DNA of 64,000 bases from positions 14,632,001 to 14,696,000 of the forward strand of contig OZ024742.1 in NCBI GenBank assembly GCA_964016885.1. Direction: 5' to 3'. The DNA comes from Eledone cirrhosa (taxonomy: Eukaryota). The position numbers and the translations under genes are program-made. Positions 23,431-36,064 of the stretch are shown here, in pieces (position 1 is the first letter of the stretch; every line of letters begins with the position of its first letter). A model generated the notes under the pieces. That model saw only the letters and a list, made by a program, of their open reading frames with translations, was not told the origin of the DNA and did no database searches.

Positions 23431-26084
23431 GGTCTTGTACTTGTAATTTCCTAACTAGCTGTGTTCTTTCTGTTTCTGTGAAGCCCAGCTTCCACCACTG
23501 TTTCTGTGAAGCCCAGCTTCTCAAGATTGTATGTATGTATGCATGTATGTATGTATTTATGTATGTATTGATGTATGTCAGGTCACCAGTTGGTGCTACT
23601 GGTAACATGTATCCCAGTACAACCTGTCCCATAGTCGGGTCGTTGGCGACTAAACTGGCAACCCCACCAAGGTTTCTTGGTGAGGAGGGTGACTTTGGAC
23701 ATCCTGCAGGACTAAAAACAAAACCTGTCAAAGGGTAAAGGAGCTCTTAAGAGTCAATGGCCATCCAAAATCACCGGGAGAGATGACCCCTTAGCCTTTG
23801 TCAATGCAGAATTCTAGGAGAAGGAAAACTCTGATATAATACCTGCAACCCTGATGGTATCCAATGATGTTGACTTGTTCTTCTTTTTGGTAAATATCAT
23901 CTTTGTTAAGAGAGTGGAACTGGCTTTGTGCAGTGCCTTTGCTCACTATAAAAGCTTCACGGCACAGGCATTGCTTTCTATCTGGAGATCTTTCTGCACT
24001 TGGTACCATGGGCCCAGCACTATGTGTCAGTAATTGTCACAAGTGTAGTGTTTGTACCAGAATTTTCAAGTCGCTGGCTGGACTAAAAAGTTACACTCGT
24101 TCAGCGCTTCGGTAGGGGTTCTCCTACATGGATATAAAGTAGTGGCCGTACTCGAGAACGAGTTGGCAGCCAACATGTATGTATGTATGTATGTATGTAT
24201 GTTATGTCAGGTCACTCTTGAGTGCTACTGGTAACATGTAACCCAGTACAATCTGTCACATGGTCGGGTCGTCGGCAACTAAACCGGCAACCCCACCAAG
24301 TTTACTTGGTGAGGAGGGTGATTTTGGACACCCTGCAGTACAAAAAACAAAACCTGACAAAGGGCGGAAGAACTCATAAGAGTCAACGGCCATCCGAAAG
24401 TGTGTAAATATGTATATACACATGTACCGCGCGGTTAAACCACTGGGAGTGAAGGACCCCTAGCCTTTGTCAGGGCATTCTTCTAGGAGAAGGCAACTCA
24501 GGAAACTGGGATAACTCCGATATAAAACCTGCGGCTCAGTAGTTACCGATGATGTTGATCTTTTATTCTTTTCGGGTTATAGCTACTGTCGCTCAGAGAG
24601 TGGGATTGGCTCATTGCACAGTCTTTCTTCACTTTAAAAAATATCTTCACGCACAGGCATTGCACGATAGAATTAATTAATAATGGTATATCATGCAATG
24701 GCCATACTCGAATACGAGGAGGCAGCCATTTTAGATCATTGGCTGGCAAGACATTTTAGATCATTGGCTGGCGAAAAAGCCACATTCGATTGCAGCACCG
24801 TTAATTGTTATTGTGTTTATGTGTGTGTGTTTGTGTGTGTATGTGTATATGTATATATAGATATGTATATGTGTGTGTGTATATATATATATATTTTTTT
24901 TTTAATTATTATTATTATTATTATTGTCGTTATGTTTTTTTTTTTCGTTTTTTTTTTCGTGCAATGGCTATACTCGATAACGAGGGGGAAGCCATCATGT
25001 ATGATGTATGTATGTATGATGTATGTATGTATACATGTATGTATGATGTATGTATGTATGATGTATGTATGTATACATGTATGTATGATGTATGTATGAT
25101 GTATGTATACATGTATGTATGATGTATGTATGTATATGTATGTATATATGTATGTATCTCTAGGAGAGATGACCCCTTAGCCTTTGTCAAGGCAGAATTC
25201 TAGGAGAAGGAAAACTCTGATATAGCACCTGCAACCCTGATGGTATCCAATGATGTTGACTTGTTCTTCTTTTTGGTAAATATCATCTTGGTTAAGAGAG
25301 TGGGACTGGCTTTGTGCAGTGCCTTTGCTCACTATAAAAGCTTCACGGCACAGGCATTGCTTTATATCTTGAGATCTCTCTGCACTTGTCGTCACATGGT
25401 ACCATGGGCTCAGCACTATGTGTCAATAATTGTCACAAGTGTAGTGTTTGTACCAGAGTTTTCAAGTCGCTGGCTGGACTAAAAAGTCACACTCGTTCAG
25501 CGCCAATGTAGGGTTTCTCCTACATGGATATAAAGTAGTGGCCGTACTCGAAAACGAGTTGGCAGCCACCATATATGTATGTATATATGCATATATGTAT
25601 GTATATATGCATGTATGCAATGGAGGTAGATGACATACCCATTTAATCATGCCTGGTTTTATATTCTGTAAGAGCAAGGACTGAGCAACTGGCAAAATTG
25701 TGCTCAATGCTCTCAAATTTGTCATCAAAGTCTGCACTGTGTGTCTCCCCCATTGTACAAGACATTAGCTTGAGAGTTTCAAGTGAGGGGACTCTAATGT
25801 TGAACCATTTGGACATATCCTTCTGTTTCAGCTTCCAAACCAGTGTTATACAGCCACTGATGGCTTCTTATCATATCTATCATACATCAGCTGCCCCAGA
25901 ACCATTGTTTTAGAGATCTCTACAATGACAGGATCCTATGGAAACCTCAGCCATTACAACCATGACCATCCCTTTGTTTTAGAGATCTCTACAACCACAG
26001 AATCCTAAGGAGACCTCATTATGTTTGTTACTACAATATATTTAGAATATCAACATGTGTATATTGGGGAAATATGAAATTTGA

Positions 26085-26579
26085 AATATGTATGTCCCAT
26101 CTAAAATGACCATAATAATAGTTACTTATTATTACTTACTATAATAGTTGAGAATATCAGGTAAAGTACCGCTAGAGAGGATAAAAAAAGGACAGTGTCA
26201 CCTCCAAGGAAACAAATGTCACATGAAGGTCACTTTACCCAATATTCTAAACTATTATAGTCCATCTCGAGACTGGAGACTCATCAGGCCGGTACTTATC
26301 CCAGTTTCTGTGACATGAAGCAACTGAGAGTACAACATTCCCCTGGACAGGATACTAGACCATCACAGGGTTAAACTCCCAGTACTCATTTTCAGCTGAG
26401 TGTACTGGAGCTACGTGAAATGAAGTGTTTTACTCAAGAACACAACACACAACCCAGGAATTGAACCCACAACATTATAATTGTAAGTCCAACACCCTTA
26501 CCACAAGGCTATGTGCCTCCACTATTCATTTATAATGATTAACTATTATTATGGTCATTTTTGTTGGGACACATATATT
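26085..26579. repeat. Nested inverted repeats (MITE-like) just upstream of the first coding exon (paralog 58392-58886)
   Basis: Outer arms 26085-26124 and 26540-26579; inner arms 26138-26170 and 26228-26261; a minus-strand SINE lies between them. Confidence 0.82.
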
Positions 26580-26651
26580 TATATTGTTTCCCTTAATCTT
26601 TATTGATAATGTTTTTATTTCTGTTTAGATACAACCATCAAAAAAGTAATC

Positions 26652-26824
26652 ATGTGGTATATTTTATTGTCAATGTTGTTGTTGGCTGGCTCAGTGGAAC
26701 TTGGCTCAGTACCAGAGAAAAGATGTTCGCTTGATTTGGGAGCATGTAAAACTGACATTACTTGCCTTAATGATTGGTTTTATTGTAAATGCAGCCCATT
26801 TTCTAAGCCAGAAGGATTTTGTTT
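26652..26824 (+). CDS. First coding exon (exon 26629-26824) of a small secreted cysteine-rich peptide precursor, complete gene copy B
   Basis: Acceptor tttttatttctgtttag ends at 26628; 23 nt of UTR precede the ATG. Encodes hydrophobic signal MWYILLSMLLLAGSVELG, then KR and 6 Cys. Donor TT|GTACGT at 26825 (phase 2). No similarity to the surrounding TE proteins. Confidence 0.85.
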
Positions 26825-26969
26825 GTACGTATTCCTATATGAGACATTCTAAGTGAGACCTTTTTCAAAATAACAGAGGGTATATAGCTACAGAGACACT
26901 CTATCTCTCAAACACACACACACACACACACACAGAAACACATAAACACATACAACTTACCCAATAAAA

Positions 26970-27497
26970 CGACCAACTATTGAAGTTGACAGTTAAAAGG
27001 TGAAAGAAGCAATCAAAAAGATGAAGAATGGTAAAGCTATGAGATCGTCAGAGATAGTTGCTGAGATGCTAAAAACATCAATCAGGTGATACAGGACAGA
27101 GTCATACCCAATGACTGGTACAGCAATACAAACTAGTAACCCTACATAGTCAATCAGGTGATACAGGACAGAGTCATACCCAATGACTGGTACAGCAGTA
27201 CAAACTAGTAACCCTACATGTCAATCAGGTAATACAGGACAGTCATACGCAATAACTGGTACAGCAGTACAATCATAAATTGCTACAAGGGTAATGCTCT
27301 AGACAGGAGCAACTATAGAGGAATAAAACTATTGGACCAAGTTATGGAGGTGACAGAAAGAGTTATAGTGCAACTAATTAGAGACTAAGTTAAATTAGGT
27401 AGAACTTGGTTTCATGCTGGGAAAAGTACTACAGACACCTTTTTAATGAGGCAACTAGAACTACAAGAGAAGTTCCTAGCCAAGAATAAACCGCTGT
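26970..27497 (+). mobile_element. RTE-clade LINE RT fragment, 5' half (paralog 59277-59804)
   Basis: Translates to NCYKG..DRSNYRGIKLLDQVMEVTERVIVQLIRD..QEKFLAKNKPL. Contains an internal ~70-bp tandem triplication at ~27075-27270. Confidence 0.88.
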
Positions 27498-27956
27498 AAC
27501 AAGCTACTTGCCTTTGGCGTATTTATAAAATATTTGTGTGTAATTTGGCTAAGTCAGGCCAATTGTGAGCCGCGCACGAATATATATTATCAACTTCCGC
27601 CCAAACAAAGATTTTCCCACTTCTTTCGTATATATTCTCTCTTGCTGCTTGGACTTTGAAAGGAAAGGACATTATTATGTAACGGTGAGATTTTCACTTT
27701 GGCCTGTCGGCCTCCTTGGGGCTGGCACATACCACATTCACTTCTTAACTCTAAATTGTTTGTTCCTTTGTTTGACATGACAACTCAACTTAACTCTTTG
27801 TAATTAGTTGTGAAAATGTTAACGAAGACTTTACGACCAATTCCACAAACATTCGCTTCTCTCACACTTAACAAACCGTTACCTTAAAACAAAACCACCC
27901 ACTGCTATACTTTAGCCTAACAAAAACCATACCTTTGCTGCTATGACAAAAATACA

Positions 27957-28029
<73 letters not shown>

Positions 28030-28219
28030 GTTGTTCTTTGAGTCTCAGTCATTGATGTTATTTAACTGGAAAGTTTGTTGAAATGAATATCAAGCCGCTA
28101 ACTGCAGCCTCAGACATTCAGGACATATCGGAGGGTTCTTGCTGTTCCCAGCAAGCATGCCTTTTGAAGTGTTCCAAAAAGCGGGGCTGGACTAATCTTC
28201 TTTAACCATCCTTGGAAAC

Positions 28220-28273
<54 letters not shown>

Positions 28274-28489
28274 GAATGCCATGGCTGACGGAGGCTCGGC
28301 TCTGTAAGGTATTGTAAATTTTGACCGCTATAACAATTATAAATTGTTTAAAACTTTAACCAAATTGTAGACAAAAGCACCCTCCTCCTCGTGAGAGGGG
28401 TCTTTCTGCCCGTTATTTGGCCCTTCGGGGTTAAATAACCGCTTATTGGGGTTTTGTGCCCAATATTTATTTTAAACAAAAAAAAAAAC

Positions 28490-28863
28490 ATGGCCACGAA
28501 AAAGAATTTTCATAGGTCACTCCCACTCATTCCGTCTTCTTCTTCCTCAATCGTCACTACAGCAGAGAGAAGATTGTCTCTCTCCCTCCCTTCTCTAAAT
28601 GTGTCTCTCTCCCTCCCTTCTCTTTCGCAAGCGACGCCAGTCAAGAAAAATCACGTGAAAATCATGGAACATTTCTCCACGACGACGACAATGACGAAAA
28701 AGGTGTGCGGTAAATACGAAAACCCATTTCATTCGTCTGACGTCATGAATAATAGCAGTAGCAGCCGTAATAACAGCAGCAGCAGCAACAGTGACAAGGA
28801 AAACAACAGTAGCAGCCGAAACAGCATCAGCAGCAGCATAAACAACAACAGCATTAGCAGCAA

Positions 28864-28898
<35 letters not shown>

Positions 28899-30615
28899 AC
28901 CACAGCAACATCGGCGGCGGCAGTAGTCGTAGTACCTGCAGCAACAACAAAACTAACAGTAGCTCTGACGACAACAACAACAACAACAGCAGCAAAGAAA
29001 AACCAATCTCGTTTGCAGGTATCGCAAAGAACCTGGAAACCATCCTCATAACAAATGAGGAATTACAGGAAGCGAAGAAGATGGTGACGAAAGCCGGACA
29101 CCGAGCAATCTGCAAGGCAGCCGAAAATTTTTTCGAAACCCAACAGCACTGTACGGTCACGTACCGTACAGTAAGCACAAAATCCCGTAGGGTTGAAAGA
29201 GCCACAGAGGCTCAAATACAAAAAGCCTTAGGATCTGTGTGGCAGCGGAAAACGCATATCACCCAAGGCAAGAAATATGCCACCGTAGACGTGCTTTTTG
29301 CCACACCCCAGGAGGCAAAGGCTCAATCCTTAGTGACCATAAGGAGCGAGGAAATGGTGTTGGTGCCCTCCTACTGCGGGCAAAAAATTGTGTGGGTCAA
29401 ACTGACTCACGCCCCCCCCCCCCCCCCCCCCCGGGATGGCCCCTTCTTGGCTGGCCGCGTCTGTCCTCGTCGGAATCGAGAACAAAACAACTGTACTGCA
29501 AGTACAGAAAAAAGTAAAAGAAGATTGGGTCGGCACCTCCATTGAGATGTTAATCCAAACCAACCAGGAGTGCATCGAAGCTATCCCGGATGTGATAGAC
29601 TTCGATAACGGCACTCAACTGCCCATAAGTGTTGAGGGCAAACGCCCGAAATGCTTTCGCTGTGGATTGAAGACTCACCTCAGGGCCTTCTGCAACGAGA
29701 AGACCCTGAGAAAGGAGAAAACCCCCCTCCTTCCGAAACCGGCTCCACGGCTACCAGCAACAGGACAAGCGGCAACCATGAACGATAGGTCCGTGGCACC
29801 CATACCCACGCCACGGAAATCAAGAACAGCAGCAGCAGTGGAAGTATTAACAACAACAACAGTAATACCAAATGCAGCTGCAACAGAGACTCCGCTGCAA
29901 ACATCACCAACAACAACAAGTGAAAGAGTGGAGCTGGTACCCCTCCCCGACCTCACAGTATCAGACATGGAGTGTGAGGTGGGAGAGGGATGGCAAAAGG
30001 TCGAAAGAAGGCACAAACGCAGAAGCAGCGCATCGTCGCCTTCGAAAAGGGAGGAAAGAAATGAAAAAAGGGTAAAGGCTACTGCAAAGAGACTCACAGC
30101 AGCAGCACCCACACTAGCACCACCATCACCACCGGCGACAACCCAACCGCCAACAACAACAACACCTTCAACACCACCACCACAAGCACCAACATCGCAA
30201 ACACAACAAAACACACACACCCTGCAACAACGACAAGAAAATAGCAGAACCACACCCCACCCCCAGAAAAACAAATGCACGGCAATAAATACACACAACA
30301 ATAAACTAATGACTTACATAATTGAACACAGACATTTCACAGCACGACTACATAATACCAGCACCAATCAAAACGCCAACGAACATAAGACTGGTAAAAA
30401 TAGCACAGAAACAATACACAAACATTAAAACGAAATTCCCCAACGCAGTTGGTGATTTCAGAGACCTAGGAGGGACTCTCAACCGTAGAGTATATTCGGA
30501 CATACTCATAGAAGAGCCGACGACCAGCCGAAGGGACGATTCAACGGTCCCTTCACCAGACGATCAAGTGAAAAGGGATGGAGAAACCATCCTTCCTCTA
30601 CGAAAAGTACGGTAA
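28490..30615 (+). pseudogene. Tx1-like ORF1 (Asn/Ser-rich N-terminus, zinc knuckle), frameshifted at a poly-C tract
   Basis: ORFs 28454-29545 and 29436-30428 join across C21 at 29412-29432. The C-terminus probably continues in ORF 30322-30615. Confidence 0.8.
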
Positions 30616-31677
30616 GTGGTCTTTCCCATCTTTTCCACTCCATTTTAAACATGACCTCACTCAGAATAGGCAGCATAAATGCGCGTGGCTTGGGGTCGTC
30701 ATGGAAGCAGGGTCACCTGCTCAACGACCTCAGGTCACTAAACATAGATGTAGTGGCCATCAGCGAGACCAGAATCTCCGAAGCACGGGCCTTCGGACCG
30801 ATCCTCGGTGGCTACGATGTGTACGCATCTCCCAGCCGTCCTGGATCGGGGGATGGAGTTGCTGTGCTTTTTCGGAGAGGTTTGGATCTCGCCATACGGG
30901 CCATCTTCCTGGACCCAGAGGGTAAGTTGGTGGTGCTGGACGTGACCAGCGGAGACGGGCAAGCTTTCAGGCTAGTGGCCGTCTATACCCCTACAGGAGC
31001 AGGGCGGCCTGATTTCTTCCGGCGTCTGGAGACCTTTCTTGGAACGTCCCGCTATTTAGTGTTAGTGGGCGACTGGAACGGGATCTTAGATGCACGCTGG
31101 GGCTGTGTGGGATTAGCGGTTAGGGGTGGAGGGTGCAAGAGCCTCACCAACCTGCTCAGGCGTTTTGAACTGTCTTACAGGTACCGATTGGATTTCCCGA
31201 ATGTGCCAATGTGGACTTGGACAAATCGCATAGGGTCATCCAGATCATATCTAGATAGAGTATTTTGTAAGGAAATAGATAGGTCTAGCATAGGCTGTCC
31301 ACAATTCAAGATAGTCAGCTACACGGACCACAAATTCGTGATCTGTGTGCTTGACTTAGATAGGCTTCATAGACGAGGACTCGGCTACTGGAAGCTAAAC
31401 GCGTTTCTCAATAGAGAAAATAGAGCAGAGGGAGAACTAGTTAGAAAATTAGACGAGGCGCTTAGCAAAGGCATCGCGACCGACGTACTTGCGGCGAAAT
31501 TGGCCCTTGACCAATTCTTCAATGCAAAGCACGAAGGCTGCGTTGTCAGTGCTAGGGTGCGTGCTCAGACACGAGGGGACGAAAGCCGTTCAATGGGCCC
31601 GAGTGGCGGAGGCGCGTCGTGGCAACAAAGCCACGATCCGATCTTTGGTCGACCACGACGGGCGCATGCTACTCGAT

Positions 31678-32213
31678 CCCGGGCAAATGTGTTAAGCTTT
31701 TCAGCGACACTTCGCTCAGCTGTTCGGGGGCAGCGGTGGGCCGGGTCGAGGGATGGACTTTAGTGTCTACCTCGACGGACTGCCGCGGCTCTCGGCCACT
31801 GAGGCGGAGTGTTGCGAAAAGCCGATAACAGCCGCTGAAGTACGGGAGGCAATGACTGGCTGCACAAGGGGTAAATCGCCTGGTTTGGATGGTCTGCCCT
31901 ATGAACTTTACGTACATATGCCAGACTTGTTCGGATGCCTCTTGGCGGACGTCTACTGCAACTGGCAACAGAACGGGAGGAAAGTTCATAGGGCAGACCA
32001 TCCAAACCAGGCGATTTACCCCTTGTGCAGTCAGACATTGCCTCCCGTACTTCAGCTGCTGTTATCGGCTTTTTGCAACACTCCGCCTCAGTGGCCGAGA
32101 GCCGCGGCCGTCATGTCGAGGTAGACACTAAAGTCCATCCCTCTATCCGGCCCGCCGCTACCCCCGAACAGCTGAGCGAAGTGTCGCTGAAAAGCTTCAC
32201 ACATGTTCCCGGG
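31678..32213. repeat. ~232-bp inverted repeat (fold-back) inside Tx1 ORF2
   Basis: 31981-32213 is the reverse complement of 31678-31909 with some mismatches; 71-bp spacer. The right arm is also present at 73-305. Confidence 0.93.
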
Positions 32214-34569
32214 TTTAATAATAATAATAATTGTTTCTACTTTAGGCGCAAGGCCAGCAATTACCCAGTGCATTACTGGTACTTTATTTTATCGACCCCG
32301 TAAGGATGAAAGGCAAAGTAAACCTCGGCGGGATTTGAACTCAGACGTAACTATGCTGGAAAGCATAGCGTCCGACTCTCTAACGATACTGCCAATCCAC
32401 CACCGCGATTAATAATAATAATGATTTCATTTATTAGCCAATAGGGCTGACATGTAGCGGACAATACAAAGACAGGGACAGTGGGGGTTTACAATAAGGT
32501 CGAGTAAAAGTGCACAATGGCAAGACTAATTTAACAATGAAGATATAAAAATATAAAATAAACTATGCATAAATATGACAAAATAAATTCCCCAATAAGG
32601 GGTGGACACATCGTAGAGAGGGTAGTTAGGGAACCTGGCACGGGTGGGTCCTTGATCAATTTAGATCAGTCGAAAGTTTTCGATAGGGTCGACCATCGTT
32701 ATCTGGCGGCAGTCCTGAGGGTGGCTGACTTTGGGCCCGTCTTCAGAGGCTGGATCGCTGCCATGCACAGCGACATCTGCTCTGTGGTGAGAGTGAACGG
32801 TCACCTTTCGGAACCGTTCAACATCATGCGCTCAGTCCGCCAAGGATGTCCCCTCTCGTCCCTCTTGTACGTATTGACTCTCGAGCCATTACTGCACAAA
32901 CTGGAGACGTTGACGGGGCCGCGCGAACTAGGATGTGGAAGATCCGTGTCAGCATATGCGGACGATGTCACCATAGTGGTGTCGAACGCCAAACACATCG
33001 AGGTGATCGGCACTACACTAAGAGAATATGAAGCGGTGACAGGAGCAATGATCAACCAGGAAAAGTCGGTGGGCCTGCAGCTCGGCACCTGGAGAGGCAG
33101 GTCTATGCTGTCCAACAACGTCGTCGGGCGCTGGACGGATGGACCGGTTAAATTGCTAGGGGCCTGGTTCGGTCCGGACCTGCAGACGGACAAAAACTGG
33201 GACGAGGTGACGAGCAGGGTGTCTTCTCTCACCCAGAAATGGGCAGAGAGGAAGCTATCCCTAAAAGTTCGAGCGGAGGTGGCGAATGCGTACATCGCGT
33301 CCGTCATCTACTACCGCCTGACCGTCGTACCTTGTCCTAAGCCTCGCCTGACTGTGCTGGAGCGTTTGCTCTTTCGTTTTTTGTGGAAGGGACGCGCTCC
33401 GATGGTCAGGCGGTCCATCTGCTGTCAACACCCGCTACGTGGAGGGCTGGGCATGCCGTGACTGATGATGCGCAGACACGCGCTCAGGCTACGACATCTC
33501 CACCTCTTCCTCGACGGTGATTAGGTGTGGTCGCCGTTTGCTAGACGCATCTTTCCCCAGCTCGTCTCCTTGGCGGAGCTGCAGTCCTGGGTCAAGCGAA
33601 GACCGAGAGGGAGTGCTTGGAGACTGGAATGTCTTCAGGCCCTCACAACCCTCAACCAGTCGGGCAATGTGATTGGTGGAAACACCACCTTGGCGTTCTA
33701 TGGAGGATTAGTGGAAGAGCGACGACGTACTTGGGGAAACTCTAGGCGTCGACGAAAATCAACTAGCCAATCTCTTCGGAAGAATTTCGGGCCGGGGCCT
33801 ATGGACAACTTCCAGAAATCCCTGGCCTGACAGTGCTACCGCGGAGCTTTGCCAGTTCGGGATAAACTCTACAGGCATGGAAGTGCTGTCCGCCGGGCAT
33901 ATCCGAGATGCACACAGAGCGACGAAACCATCCTGCACGCACTTGTCCAGTGTCCGAGCATTGCTGACTTGTGGGTTTATGTCGAACACCTGCTGTCGCG
34001 TGTGGGACGGATCCGGCTATCAGCTGAGTCCATCGTGAGGATTGCCCCGCCCTCTTCCTTTATCCGGGAAGGGCAGGCAGTTTTTATCTGTCTGGTGGCC
34101 ATGGCGAAAGGGATAGTATGTTGGACGCGTCTGAAAGGGCTGAAGATGAGCACTTACCTCTTCGGTGATGCCCTGATTAACTTTTTCAAATTTCATTTGA
34201 AAAGGAAAATCAGGGTAGAGAGGGAAGCGCTCTCTTCCCAGCTTTTTGTTAAAAGATGGGTGAGAGAGGCAAGAATAGCCCGAGTATGTGCCTGTAAATT
34301 GAAGGTGGAAAACTGGGAGAGGGCACTTGCCCTGGTGGTCAGGTTCACCGTGGCTTTTTTTAATGGGCTTTCTCCACGATGGCCCTCGGAAGTCTCCCCC
34401 TATTGGGGAATTTTTCATTGTTCCTTTTTTGTTACATCCTCTGTTTTTGTTTTTTTAAACACGCAGAAATGCCTATTTATACCGTCCTGTATTGTCCTGT
34501 ACTGTCCTTAATGTCTTACTTTGTGTAAACCCTTTTGGTTAATAAAGAAAGCATTATTATTGTTATTTT

Positions 34570-35005
34570 GCTAAACTGCTATATTTAGCTTTTGTTGATC
34601 TAGAAAAGGCCTTTGACAGTACCTCACTCTATTATCTGGTGGCCCTTAAGGAAATTAGGCATAGAAGAATGACTTGTTACAGCAGTGTAAGGCATTTACA
34701 GAGGAGCTGTCAGTAAAGTGAGAGTAGGAAATGAGTTTAGTGAGGAATTCAAGTTACATGTAGGAGTTCATCCAGGTTGGGTAGCCCACTACCATTGATT
34801 ATAGTTCTCCAGGCCATAACAGAGGAGTTTAAACATGGCTGCCCTTGAGAACTTCTCTCTGCAGATGATTAGGGACTTACAGCTGAATCCATAAAAGAAC
34901 TAGAATAAGTTCCGACTATGGAAACAGAATTTGGTGTCAAAAGGTCTGAGAGTAAACTTAGCCAAAACTAAAGTGCTAGTAAGTAGAAGAGAAGATAGGA
35001 CTTAT
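34570..35005 (+). mobile_element. RTE-clade LINE RT fragment, 3' continuation (paralog 2662-3097)
   Basis: Begins LYLAFVDLEKAFD, the sequence that directly follows KNKPL in the other RTE copies of this window. Continues through a degenerate YADD motif. Confidence 0.88.
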
Positions 35006-35274
35006 TCCAACTCCCCCTGTTTATTCCACCTCACCCACTATTATTTGGGAGCTCAGAGTATATATATATATATATAACGAAGGAGTTGTGGTACGGAACC
35101 AGATGGACCATAATGCACCAGAGTACTCAATACTTAGGGTAGTAGAGTGGGTAATAGGAAAATGTATGACCCCGACGGCAGAGCTAAATCCGTCAACGGC
35201 CATTTCAGTCCAGAAATAGCCATCAAAATGGCTTGAGCTCTGCCATCGGGGTCATACATTTTCATATATATATA

Positions 35275-36021
35275 CGAGGTGTGTCAGAAAAGTTCCAGGA
35301 CTGATGTCACAAAAGATTTATTTCAAACCCAAACTTCACACTAAGAGTTTTCACCTTCAAAGTAAACCCCCTGGAGTATGTAACTGTAATCTTAAACGAA
35401 CTAAGGGAGAAATTAGGAATAAGAGGGATCAGATGTTGTTTACTCGAGAGAAGACTACGTTGGTACGGTCACGTGATGCGCATGAAAGACGACAGCTGTA
35501 TAAAAAAGTGCAGGGCGATAAAAATAGACGGTAGCCACGGAGTAGGCAGACCCAGAAAAACCTGGGACGACTTGATACATTCCGACCTCACACACTTACA
35601 CCTCTCCAAGACAATGTCACTGGACCGAGATCTTTGGCGCTACACAGTAATACAGAAGACCCGCCTTACCGAAGTAGGCACCTCTAACAAAAATATCCCC
35701 CCGTCCCACTACCCCCACCCCATCCACACCACCCCTTTCAATGTAAAGTTATGTTGGTACCACAACATCCAGTCCGATACAAATGAGGTCGTGTAGGTGT
35801 CCCGACAAAAAAAAAAAATACACAGTCCACGCTGTAATGTGGCCGTGTAGGTAACACGGTAAAAACCTCCAGTCCAAACTGTAAACATGGTTGGTGTTAG
35901 GAAGGGCATCCAGCCGTAGAAAACCTGCCAGACAGTCCTATACGAGCAAGGCAACCAATCTTGCCTCAAGTGGGAAAATTCCCGTCCAAACCCATGCTAA
36001 CGTGGAAGATGGACGTTAAAC

Positions 36022-36064
<43 letters not shown>

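Larger units (their letters stand above)
28275..34555 (+). mobile_element. Near-full-length but disrupted L1/Tx1-clade non-LTR retrotransposon
   Basis: ORF1 from ATG 28490 with CCHC knuckle CFRCGLKTHLRAFC. ORF2 from 30651 with APE motifs (SINARGL, AISET, LVGDWN, SYLDRV, TDHK), RT motifs (FDRVDH, VRQGCPLS, YADD) and C-terminal C..ETILHALVQC. AATAAA then a tta tail. Contains stops, frameshifts and an internal rearrangement. Confidence 0.93.

Noticed and set aside
26652-26852. Single-exon 66-aa ORF as the complete gene
   Set aside because: A good donor (GTACGT) follows the sixth Cys and a phase-matched downstream exon supplies CC. The tail YVFLYETF is more likely intron read-through, though an intron-retained form cannot be excluded.
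28729-29205. Leucine-rich membrane protein on the minus strand
   Set aside because: It is the antisense reading of the AAC/AGC-rich Tx1 ORF1.
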